DNA from: Promethearchaeota archaeon
GTDB taxonomy: Archaea > Asgardarchaeota > Lokiarchaeia > Sigyniarchaeales > SOKP01
Length of the DNA stretch: 11,710 nt
Direction: 5' to 3'
Assembly (NCBI GenBank): GCA_048938005.1
Contig: JBHLMQ010000054.1
Coordinates: 1-11,710, forward strand
Shown: positions 1-6,878 of the stretch, one piece after another
How positions within the stretch are numbered: position 1 is the first letter of the stretch
Layout: the number at the start of each line of letters is the position of its first letter
The notes under the pieces: model-generated
Told to the model about the DNA's origin: nothing
Seen by the model: only the letters and a program-made list of their open reading frames with translations
Databases searched by the model: none
Program-made: the position numbers and the translations under genes

Positions 1-510
1 AGTGAGACTGCATGGAGAATATATATTGAAGTAGCTAAAAAAAAATTAACAATGGGACGATCGATTGATGGATTTATAGCAGCATCTCTATATGCAGCTA
101 TAAGAATTCATGAATTTCCAAAATTACTAGATGATGTTTCTGAAGCATCAATGATACCTAATCGAACTTTATTTCGGTCTTTGGGTATAATTGTAAAGGA
201 AATACTTCCAAATTTAGGGCTAAATTATCACCCAATCTCAGTAGAGAAGCTCATATTTCTCTTTGGTAACAAGTTGAGGCTACCAGAAGATATTAAAATT
301 AATGCTTTAAATCTTTTTAATGAGACCTTTAAGAAGGATTTAGTACTAATTGGAAAAGATCCTAAAGGATTAGCAGCTGCAATGATATATTTTGTTGCTA
401 AAAATACAAAATTTAAGAAAACTCAGGTTGAGGTAGCTCAAGCAGCACAAGTAACTGAAGTCACGATAAGAAGTAGGCTAAAAGATCTTAAAGATCTGAT
501 TAAGAACTAA
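1..510 (+). CDS. tfb: Transcription initiation factor IIB (TFB) paralogue, 5'-truncated by the window edge
   Basis: Frame is open from base 1 (SETAWRIYIEVAKKKLTMGRS...), so ATG 52 is internal. Both cyclin-repeat signatures are present (GRSIDGFIAASLYAAIR and GKDPKGLAAAMIY), plus the C-terminal BRE-binding HTH TQVEVAQAAQVTEVTIRSRLKDL. Confidence 0.93.
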   Translation, partial: SETAWRIYIEVAKKKLTMGRSIDGFIAASLYAAIRIHEFPKLLDDVSEASMIPNRTLFRSLGIIVKEILPNLGLNYHPISVEKLIFLFGNKLRLPEDIKINALNLFNETFKKDLVLIGKDPKGLAAAMIYFVAKNTKFKKTQVEVAQAAQVTEVTIRSRLKDLKDLIKN

Positions 511-543
511 ACCTCAAAAGTCTAGATATAAAATATTAATATA

Positions 544-651
544 TTATAAGTAGAAGGATTTAGTTTTGCAAACATCATCTCTATCATATTCTTTAATGAT
601 TTCTCCTAATACTTTCTCTGTTTTACCCCTCCTATAAAAATCTGCTGTTTT
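544..651 (-). pseudogene. Aldo/keto reductase gene fragment
   Basis: Manual minus-strand translation gives KTADFYRRGKTEKVLGEIIKEYDRDDVCKTKSFYL*, resembling the AKR segment DTAxxYGxGxSExxLGxxL...RDDxxIxTK. There is an in-frame stop just upstream (654-652) and no start codon. Confidence 0.62.
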
Positions 652-659
652 TTAGGAGG
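628..659. repeat. Inverted repeat / stem-loop
   Basis: CCTCCTA(628-634) T AAAAA(636-640), a 7-nt loop, then TTTTT(648-652) TAGGAGG(653-659): a 12-bp stem with one bulge, between convergent genes. Confidence 0.5.
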
Positions 660-685
660 TTTTCGGCGTTTGATGTTATATTATT

Positions 686-694
686 AAAAAAAAA
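686..694 (-). terminator. Oligo-T terminator of the kinase/regulator operon
   Basis: A9 on + (T9 on -), 10 nt past the stop codon at 705; archaeal terminators are typically oligo-T. Confidence 0.55.
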
Positions 695-704
695 GAGTTT
701 AATT

Positions 705-1541
705 TTAATATTGTTTTAAATATTTGAAAAGGATATGTAAATCTGTTAATTTATCAATAGGTTTAATTATAATATCATCTGCCCCTGTTTTTATTAAAAT
801 ATCCTCTTTATTCTTTTTAGACGCAACGGCAGATATTAAAATTATTGGAACTGAGTTATACTCTCCTTTAGATTTTACCATCTGGCAAAACTCATCTCCA
901 TTGATTTTACTTGTTTTCAATTTTACGTCAACTAATATCACTTTAGGAGTCATAGTGTTTAATAAATATAAAGCCTCATCTGATGTTTCTACAGATTTAA
1001 TATTTATTCCATTTGATTTGAAAAAAGCCTCTATCGTTTTTCGTTCTAATTCATTATCTTCTATATATAAAATGTCTACTTTTTTTACAAATCGTATTAA
1101 TTTTGGCTCCTCAAAACGTCTCTTTACTGAACTTTCTAGATCTTCAAAAGCTTTTTGTATATTATTGATTGCTTCTAATAAAACTTCAGGCTCATTAAGG
1201 CAATCTTCCAGCATTAAAATCGAGACTTTAAGAGGTGAAAGTTTCTGTTTTAGTTCTTCATGAAAGCCATTACCGTCTTCGTACGAATTAATTGCCTTTC
1301 TGATAAAATCATCGAAGTAATTTTCATCGTATTTCTTTTCACCAGCTAATGGTTTCTTTTGAATTATTGTATTTATATAATCAATATTGTTATGTACAAA
1401 GGTTCTTATAAGGTGAGCTTGGTTATTTGTTTTAAATTCCTCCATAAATTCTTTTAATTTAGAGTCTAGATATGGATCTACATAAGAATACCATTTTATG
1501 TCCTTCTTAATTTTTACCTGCCCATTATTATTGTAGTTAAT
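705..1541 (-). CDS. Response regulator: N-terminal RHH-like domain, HisKA-like helical hairpin, C-terminal receiver (REC) domain
   Basis: REC motifs are intact: ILYIEDN, VILVD (phospho-acceptor Asp), IILISA, IIKP. The frame is open upstream of ATG 1445 to a stop at 1550-1548. Proposed start is ATT 1541, 6 nt after GGTGA (1552-1548). The REC call is secure; the start position is less so. Confidence 0.85.
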   Translation of the reverse strand: MNYNNNGQVKIKKDIKWYSYVDPYLDSKLKEFMEEFKTNNQAHLIRTFVHNNIDYINTIIQKKPLAGEKKYDENYFDDFIRKAINSYEDGNGFHEELKQKLSPLKVSILMLEDCLNEPEVLLEAINNIQKAFEDLESSVKRRFEEPKLIRFVKKVDILYIEDNELERKTIEAFFKSNGINIKSVETSDEALYLLNTMTPKVILVDVKLKTSKINGDEFCQMVKSKGEYNSVPIILISAVASKKNKEDILIKTGADDIIIKPIDKLTDLHILFKYLKQY

Positions 1542-1566
1542 TATACTTCACCTTTTTTTATTAATT

Positions 1567-2352
1567 TTAATCTATTTTTAATTTTCTTTGATAAATATGA
1601 TAAAATAATTCCTTTTGAGTCGCTTTTGGAATTAAAATTACGAAATTGCTACCCTTGGAAGAATATCCCCTGATTCGATCTTCTATCCACATCCTACCCT
1701 CGCATAAATTAATAAATTTAGCAGCAAGCGAGAGTCCGATACCCATCCCTTTAGAATTTTCACTTTTTTTGTGCTTTTCTTGAAGAATTTCTTTTTTTCT
1801 TGTATCTTCAATTCCAATTCCATTATCTTTAAATTCGATTTTAATGAATTCTTTACTGAATTCATTTAATTCTGATATTGAGACTTCAATATGGACTATA
1901 TCGTTCTTATTATAAATTATGGAGTTCATCAAAATATTTTCAAAGACATCAACTAGCAAATCGTTAGCCAGTACATAGATTATCTTAATTTCAGAGTTAA
2001 TTTCAATACGTACATCTCTTTTTGGAAAATTTGCTTGAACAAACTGAATTGCGCTTTTCAAATTTTCAAAGAGATCAATAGGTTCTAATGGTATATCATA
2101 TTCATCTAATTCAGAAAGATTTTTAATATCTCTAACTAATATCTTTCCTCTATTTACTTGTTCTTCAATTAACTTAAAATATTCCAAAATTTCGCCTATT
2201 CTAAATCCTTTTTTTATAAAATTTTCACATAACTCTAAGGAATTACTAATTATATGAAATAAGTTTGAAATATCATGAATAAATAAGCCTTTAAGACAAT
2301 TAGCTCTAATATAGGCCTTCTGATACATATCCTCTATTTTTAGTTCTTGCAT
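1567..2352 (-). CDS. Histidine kinase (HisKA + HATPase) with no sensor domain
   Basis: H-box FIHDISN, N-box ENILMNSIIY, G1 DNGIGI, G2 GMGIGL, terminal GSNFVILIP. An in-frame stop at 2382-2380 rules out an upstream sensor. SD-like AGGTTGA lies 7 nt before the ATG. Confidence 0.93.
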   Translation of the reverse strand: MQELKIEDMYQKAYIRANCLKGLFIHDISNLFHIISNSLELCENFIKKGFRIGEILEYFKLIEEQVNRGKILVRDIKNLSELDEYDIPLEPIDLFENLKSAIQFVQANFPKRDVRIEINSEIKIIYVLANDLLVDVFENILMNSIIYNKNDIVHIEVSISELNEFSKEFIKIEFKDNGIGIEDTRKKEILQEKHKKSENSKGMGIGLSLAAKFINLCEGRMWIEDRIRGYSSKGSNFVILIPKATQKELFYHIYQRKLKID

Positions 2353-2394
2353 GATATTTTCAACCTTATTAGGGTTATATTAAATAACTGTAAG

Positions 2395-2442
2395 CTTCGT
2401 TATATAGTTTTTATTACATAATTATATACGAAGTTCGAACTT
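2395..2442 (-). promoter_or_regulatory. Bipartite promoter element, copy 1 (palindrome + BRE/TATA-like block) upstream of the kinase
   Basis: Perfect palindrome AAGTTCGAACTT (2431-2442), a 20-nt spacer, then AAACTATATAACGAAG (2410-2395, minus strand), 42 nt before ATG 2352. A near-identical copy is at 6422-6469. Confidence 0.75.
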
Positions 2443-2506
2443 AATAAGAAGTAAAAAATAAAAATCAAAAATCTTTTAATTTATTGAAGGGAAAAAATGT
2501 GAATAA

Positions 2507-2965
2507 TTATCGGAAGAGTGCTCTAAGGCGATCCTCTATTTTTAATTTCAGCTCTCCTAATATTTTATCAATCTTTGGCTTAAAATTTTCAAAATATTTA
2601 GATTCTTTTGAAAAAATCTCATCAAGCTCGAAGTGTTTGAGAAAGGATGAGATAATTTTCTTTAAATGTTGTTTTACTAAATCTGGATCTGTATCTTTTT
2701 CAACAATAGCAAATGATAATAATGGTTGAGCTGGGCTTGATTCTATACTTGTCAATTGAATCATTTTATAATAACATACTATTTGGAAGTTTGAAAAAGA
2801 AATTACATTTATTTTATCGTCAAATACCTCAGAAATATAGTCTTCAAGTCCGGTTAAAAATTTAGCACGTATTTTAGGATCTAGAACTTTATCTAGAGAT
2901 GAATAATACTTGATTTCAACTAACTTTTTTAGATTTAGGTTAATCCCAACCTCTAAAATTGCCAT
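2507..2965 (-). CDS. Stand-alone longin-like domain protein (Asgard type)
   Basis: 152 aa with an apparent beta-beta-alpha-beta-beta-beta-alpha-alpha pattern: ILEVGI / LVEIKY / DPKIRAKFLTGLEDYISEVF / INVISF / FQIVCY / LLSFAIV / LVKQHLKKIISSFLKHF / FENFKPKIDKIL. Fold judged by eye. Confidence 0.65.
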   Translation of the reverse strand: MAILEVGINLNLKKLVEIKYYSSLDKVLDPKIRAKFLTGLEDYISEVFDDKINVISFSNFQIVCYYKMIQLTSIESSPAQPLLSFAIVEKDTDPDLVKQHLKKIISSFLKHFELDEIFSKESKYFENFKPKIDKILGELKLKIEDRLRALFR

Positions 2966-3142
2966 TTTTGAAAAGAATGATTATTTTTTATTTATGATAA
3001 TTACTTTTATTTCTATTTTTTTTAAAATTTTTTTAAAAATATTTGTAATTCTTATAAAAGATATGGGTAACTTAATAATAAAGCCTTAACAAATTCATAA
3101 ATTTAAAAAACTTTTTTATAGAATCATGACGGGTGAAATAAT

Positions 3143-3829
3143 ATGGATCTAATTAATATAATTAAAGTAATTGCAGCAATTATATCAACCATAATTGCAT
3201 TTACTATAGGATTTCGAGTTTTAACTTTAAATCCTGGTAATTGGTTAAATAGATGGTTTACTTTATTCTTTATCTCCTTTTCTTCAGGGTTTGTAATATA
3301 TACAATTTACCATTTAATTACAAATAATTCAGGTATTATAATTCCTCTTATGGTCACTGCTCATATTTTATTCAATTTTGTCGTTGTCTCCTTAGTGATG
3401 ACAGTTTTCGTATTGGAGAAATTTTCAAAAGTCGCAATGAGTCTTCAATATTTTGGAACAATGATGCTTTTATTTTTTATAATGAGTTTTGGATATTTTA
3501 TCTGGGTTCCAAGATTGGATATGGAAAGTTATGAAAACAATATTGTTAATACTGAAACTCCCATTGGTTGGTTTATCTTCCTTAATATTCTTAGGATAGT
3601 AATGAGCATTTATGCTATATACAAATATATTGTGATGACCAGAAAAGTAGAGGTAGAAACGAAAAAGAGAGTACAATGGTTTTTAGTAGGAGTATTTATA
3701 GCCATTATTGGGCTTTTTATCAATTTAAGTGCAGGGTTTTTTCCTTCAATTGAAAGATTGATTGAAATCATAGCAATAATCCCATTTGTTTTAAGTAGTT
3801 TAGCAATAATGAAAGGATTTTTGATTTAA
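3143..3829 (+). CDS. Stand-alone seven-transmembrane protein, HisKA_7TM-like sensor domain with no output domain
   Basis: Seven hydrophobic segments. The loop after TM1, NPGNWLNRWFTLFF, resembles the LNRxF motif of HisKA_7TM. There is an extracellular loop after TM4 and a basic loop TKKRVQW before TM6. The protein ends at TM7. SD GGTGA (3132-3136) lies 6 nt before the ATG. Confidence 0.72.
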   Translation: MDLINIIKVIAAIISTIIAFTIGFRVLTLNPGNWLNRWFTLFFISFSSGFVIYTIYHLITNNSGIIIPLMVTAHILFNFVVVSLVMTVFVLEKFSKVAMSLQYFGTMMLLFFIMSFGYFIWVPRLDMESYENNIVNTETPIGWFIFLNILRIVMSIYAIYKYIVMTRKVEVETKKRVQWFLVGVFIAIIGLFINLSAGFFPSIERLIEIIAIIPFVLSSLAIMKGFLI

Positions 3830-3868
3830 TCAATTAGAAAGTAAGTTAGAATTAAAATATAAGGAGAC

Positions 3869-6355
3869 TTATAAATAATATTCGGTGTCTGTAATAAAAA
3901 GGTCTGCAATTGTTGACCATTTCTGCTTCGTCTCAAAATCACAGAAACATTTATCTAAATACTCTTTACCCATCTTTAGATTTTCAAGGGCTAATTCATA
4001 ATTTTCAAGTTCTTTATAACAAATGCCTAGTTTAATATAAGTCTGATAAATGAAGAATCCAAAATTACTCATTTTAATTGCCTTTTGAAATTGTTTCACT
4101 GCTTCTTCATATTTTTCAAAATACATTAAAATTTCACCATAAGAGTCATAAAACACACTATTTTTAGGCTCATTTTTTATTAATTCCTCAATTATGTGTA
4201 ATGCCTCTTTTTCATTATTAGCATATTGATACCAATAAGCTTTATAATTAAGAAAATTATAATCTTTGGGATACTTTTCAATTAGTTCATCGATAATTTT
4301 AAATCCTGCATCCAGATTTCCTAATTGCTTATAAACTGATGCTTGTTTCATTTTTATGTCCTTTTCATTTTTAGGAAACAATTCGAGCATCCTATCAAGA
4401 AGTTCTAGTAACTTATCATATTGGTTAAAATACATTAGAATAGCACTCTTGGATTGATATAATTCGACTTTTTTTGGGGCTAGTGTAATAGCTTTATCAA
4501 TCATTTCGTTCGCATCTTCAAATTTTTTTATTTCAAGAAGGATATGGCTTTTGAGTTGATAATATAGTGCTTTATTCAGCTTGTAAGAATCTAAATTAAT
4601 TGCTTTATCTAGGTCATTTAAGCCATTATCTTCTTGTGCCTTTTCATTATCAAATTTATAAATACGGTTGTATCCAAGAGATAATCCTCTTGTAGCATAA
4701 GAAAGAGCATGCGTTGGGTAAATTTTTAAGATTTTATTTGTATTAACTAATGCGCTCTCAAAATCTCCAATAGTAATCCTTGAAAAAACTGATAGGAAAA
4801 AAATCAAAATATAAATTTGATCCATTTCCTCATTTTCTGGTGGTAATTTAACCTCGTTATCTATAAATTCTCTGACATCTTTATAACGATTTAAATAACA
4901 TAGTATGATTGCTTTTAAAGTGATTAAGATAACATCAGTTTTATTTGACACTAAAGCAGAATCCACAGTTTCTAAAGCTTTATTATATTCTTTCTTATCA
5001 ATTAGGTGTTGTATTACCTTATTTATTGAGTCTAATTTAGATTTATAATATGGTTTTAATATTTCTAATATCATCGTATCTATTTGATAATTAACTTCAT
5101 TTTGACCTATAAATTGATATTCCAAATCTTCAGGATTTCTTAATTGAAATATATCAATCATATTTTGCCAAATAACCGCATCTAACTTATCATAAGTTTC
5201 TTTTAATTCAACTTTTGATTCAATTTTATAAGCCAAATAATTGATGTAATTAGGTAAAAATTTTTTTAAAGGCTCTTTTAAGGCTCTATCAAATAAGATT
5301 TTACCAATATCTTCTAAAATAAGATTTTGAATAAAGTCAACATCAAATGGTCTTGAAAATAACTTACTTAAATAGGTAAATTTTGTAATATACTTTTCAG
5401 TAATAGCTCGTAGCATTAATTCTAACGTTTCATTTTCCTGAAAATAGCAATATATATCCTTTGATACTTTTAATTTAAAAAATTTGATTGAATATATATT
5501 ATTCTCTACAATTTCATCAACATAATACTCCAGTTTCGATTGATTAATCCCATATCTTCTCGAAAAATCTTCAGCTAAAATATAATCGGGAAATTGATCT
5601 GGATGATTAATTGAGAGAAATAGTAAAATCTTTTCAAAATCTAACTCTTCCGTTAGCATCGATTTAACTCGATCATAATCTAATTTTAAAACATTAGTGA
5701 GAAACCTAAATTGGAGATCCTCATCTTTTATATTATTTTCTTCGAAAAATTTTACTGTTTTTTTGGTGATTTCTTCAACTCTTTTACTTTCTTCATTTAA
5801 GATTGACTGTCTGTCTAAATCATAGTTTTGTAACATTTTAGAATATTCTAATTTACCCGAATGAGTAATTCTATACTCCTTATTCTCTTTTATCACAAAA
5901 TTTTTGTCTAGTAAGAGATTCATTTTTTTTGATAAGGACGATTGATTAATAGATAGAGGTGGTTCAAGAAAGTCCGACCATTTACAATAAGTATTATTAT
6001 ACACCATCCAAAGAATCCAATCATCATAATTTCTCTTCCTCCTAATTACTTCGGGAGGGTAATTTAATTTTCTCTTCTTTTTGGTAACTTTAGATATTTC
6101 ATGAAACCTCTTTTGGCCTTCAGATGTTATCTTATAATGGCCTCGAGAATAATTATCAACATATCCCTTGTCTTTTAGTATTTTAAAATATTTAGACAGA
6201 GTAGAAGTACTAAACCCAAGTGGTTTTTCAGTAAAATAAGACCATAAACACTCCTCATTATTAAATAACATCCAAAGAATTATGTGTTCAATATTTTTAT
6301 GTCCAAATTTAGGAGGATTATATATCTCTTCAGGAGGATAATTTATTTCGCTCAT
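3869..6355 (-). CDS. Tandem winged-helix + TPR repeat protein (putative transcriptional regulator)
   Basis: Two clear N-terminal repeats (NYPPE...ILWMxxNNxxCxWSxFxExPL...SxLSK...YxITxxG) and a possible third wHTH at aa ~240-306. TPR motifs fill the C-terminal half (e.g. YDSYGEILMYFEKYEEAVKQFQKAI). Confidence 0.85.
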   Translation of the reverse strand: MSEINYPPEEIYNPPKFGHKNIEHIILWMLFNNEECLWSYFTEKPLGFSTSTLSKYFKILKDKGYVDNYSRGHYKITSEGQKRFHEISKVTKKKRKLNYPPEVIRRKRNYDDWILWMVYNNTYCKWSDFLEPPLSINQSSLSKKMNLLLDKNFVIKENKEYRITHSGKLEYSKMLQNYDLDRQSILNEESKRVEEITKKTVKFFEENNIKDEDLQFRFLTNVLKLDYDRVKSMLTEELDFEKILLFLSINHPDQFPDYILAEDFSRRYGINQSKLEYYVDEIVENNIYSIKFFKLKVSKDIYCYFQENETLELMLRAITEKYITKFTYLSKLFSRPFDVDFIQNLILEDIGKILFDRALKEPLKKFLPNYINYLAYKIESKVELKETYDKLDAVIWQNMIDIFQLRNPEDLEYQFIGQNEVNYQIDTMILEILKPYYKSKLDSINKVIQHLIDKKEYNKALETVDSALVSNKTDVILITLKAIILCYLNRYKDVREFIDNEVKLPPENEEMDQIYILIFFLSVFSRITIGDFESALVNTNKILKIYPTHALSYATRGLSLGYNRIYKFDNEKAQEDNGLNDLDKAINLDSYKLNKALYYQLKSHILLEIKKFEDANEMIDKAITLAPKKVELYQSKSAILMYFNQYDKLLELLDRMLELFPKNEKDIKMKQASVYKQLGNLDAGFKIIDELIEKYPKDYNFLNYKAYWYQYANNEKEALHIIEELIKNEPKNSVFYDSYGEILMYFEKYEEAVKQFQKAIKMSNFGFFIYQTYIKLGICYKELENYELALENLKMGKEYLDKCFCDFETKQKWSTIADLFITDTEYYL
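5831..6346 (-). repeat. Intragenic duplication of a ~80-aa wHTH unit (aa 4-87 and 97-175)
   Basis: ILWMLFNNEECLWSYFTEKPL vs ILWMVYNNTYCKWSDFLEPPL; STLSK vs SSLSK; YKITSEG vs YRITHSG. Confidence 0.88.
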
Positions 6356-6421
6356 GATTTCTTAAATTATTACTTATTATTTGTGATTTATAATTATAGA
6401 TAGGTTTTTCTATTATTTATA

Positions 6422-6469
6422 AAGTTCGAACTTTGTAGAAAGTTTTCATAGTCAAACTATAAAACGAAG
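6422..6469 (+). promoter_or_regulatory. Bipartite promoter element, copy 2, upstream of the 73-aa gene in the divergent region shared with the wHTH-TPR gene
   Basis: AAGTTCGAACTT (6422-6433; extends to a 14-bp palindrome at 6421-6434), a 20-nt spacer, then AAACTATAAAACGAAG (6454-6469), 48 nt before ATG 6518. Confidence 0.75.
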
Positions 6470-6517
6470 TAAATTGATTTTAAAATTAGAACTTAATATA
6501 ATGAGAGGTCAAAAAAA

Positions 6518-6739
6518 ATGATAGAAAAATTGAGGTTGGAAGAAGCAACTAATATTGTCATTATTGTTCCAATAGATGACAGTAAAGTTGATGAGGTAGA
6601 AGAAAAAACTATAAAAGAACAAATTGAGACACAATATAACAATTATGCTAAATCTCAGGAAGAATTAATCAGTATTAACAAAGTAAAGGCTAAATTCGAC
6701 GCAAAGAATATGGGTTTTTTCTACTCAAGGGTATATTGA
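6518..6739 (+). CDS. Small hypothetical protein (73 aa)
   Basis: SD-like GAGGT at 6505-6509, conserved promoter element upstream, T14 run downstream. No recognisable domain. Confidence 0.68.
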   Translation: MIEKLRLEEATNIVIIVPIDDSKVDEVEEKTIKEQIETQYNNYAKSQEELISINKVKAKFDAKNMGFFYSRVY

Positions 6740-6757
6740 AGTATCCAACACTTATTC

Positions 6758-6793
6758 TTTTTTTTTTTTTTGAAATAATTTTTTTTGAAATAA
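6758..6793 (+). terminator. Oligo-T terminator with a tandem 15-mer repeat
   Basis: T14 (6758-6771); TTTTTTTTGAAATAA repeated at 6764-6778 and 6779-6793. Confidence 0.6.
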
Positions 6794-6878
6794 ATAATAT
6801 ATTGGTTATTAAAACTAAACTTTAATATTAAGAAAAATCTAATCTTCTATCAAAAAGAATAGTATAGTGTGAATTCTA

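Noticed and set aside
724-1263. 179-aa plus-strand ORF
   Set aside because: Antisense shadow of the response regulator; no motifs.
1683-1865. 60-aa minus-strand ORF
   Set aside because: Alternative frame inside the histidine kinase.
2484-2729. 81-aa plus-strand ORF
   Set aside because: Antisense to the longin-like gene; TTG start, no supporting features.
3015-3040. Repeated TTTTTTAAAA in the divergent promoter gap
   Set aside because: Low-complexity A/T sequence, not distinguishable from background.
3470-3676. 68-aa minus-strand ORF
   Set aside because: Antisense within the 7TM gene.
3143-3829. 7TM protein as a rhodopsin or true GPCR
   Set aside because: No DxxxK retinal-binding motif in mid-TM7 (the only Lys is at the helix end), and no DRY/NPxxY motifs.
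6065-6085. TKKKRKL, resembling the SV40 nuclear localisation signal
   Set aside because: Lys-rich linkers are expected in AT-rich genomes and DNA-binding proteins; no reason to infer an NLS in an archaeon.
6518-6544. Similar N-termini of the two motif-driven genes (MIEKLRLEE vs kinase MQELKIED)
   Set aside because: Too short, with little nucleotide similarity, to support a shared origin.
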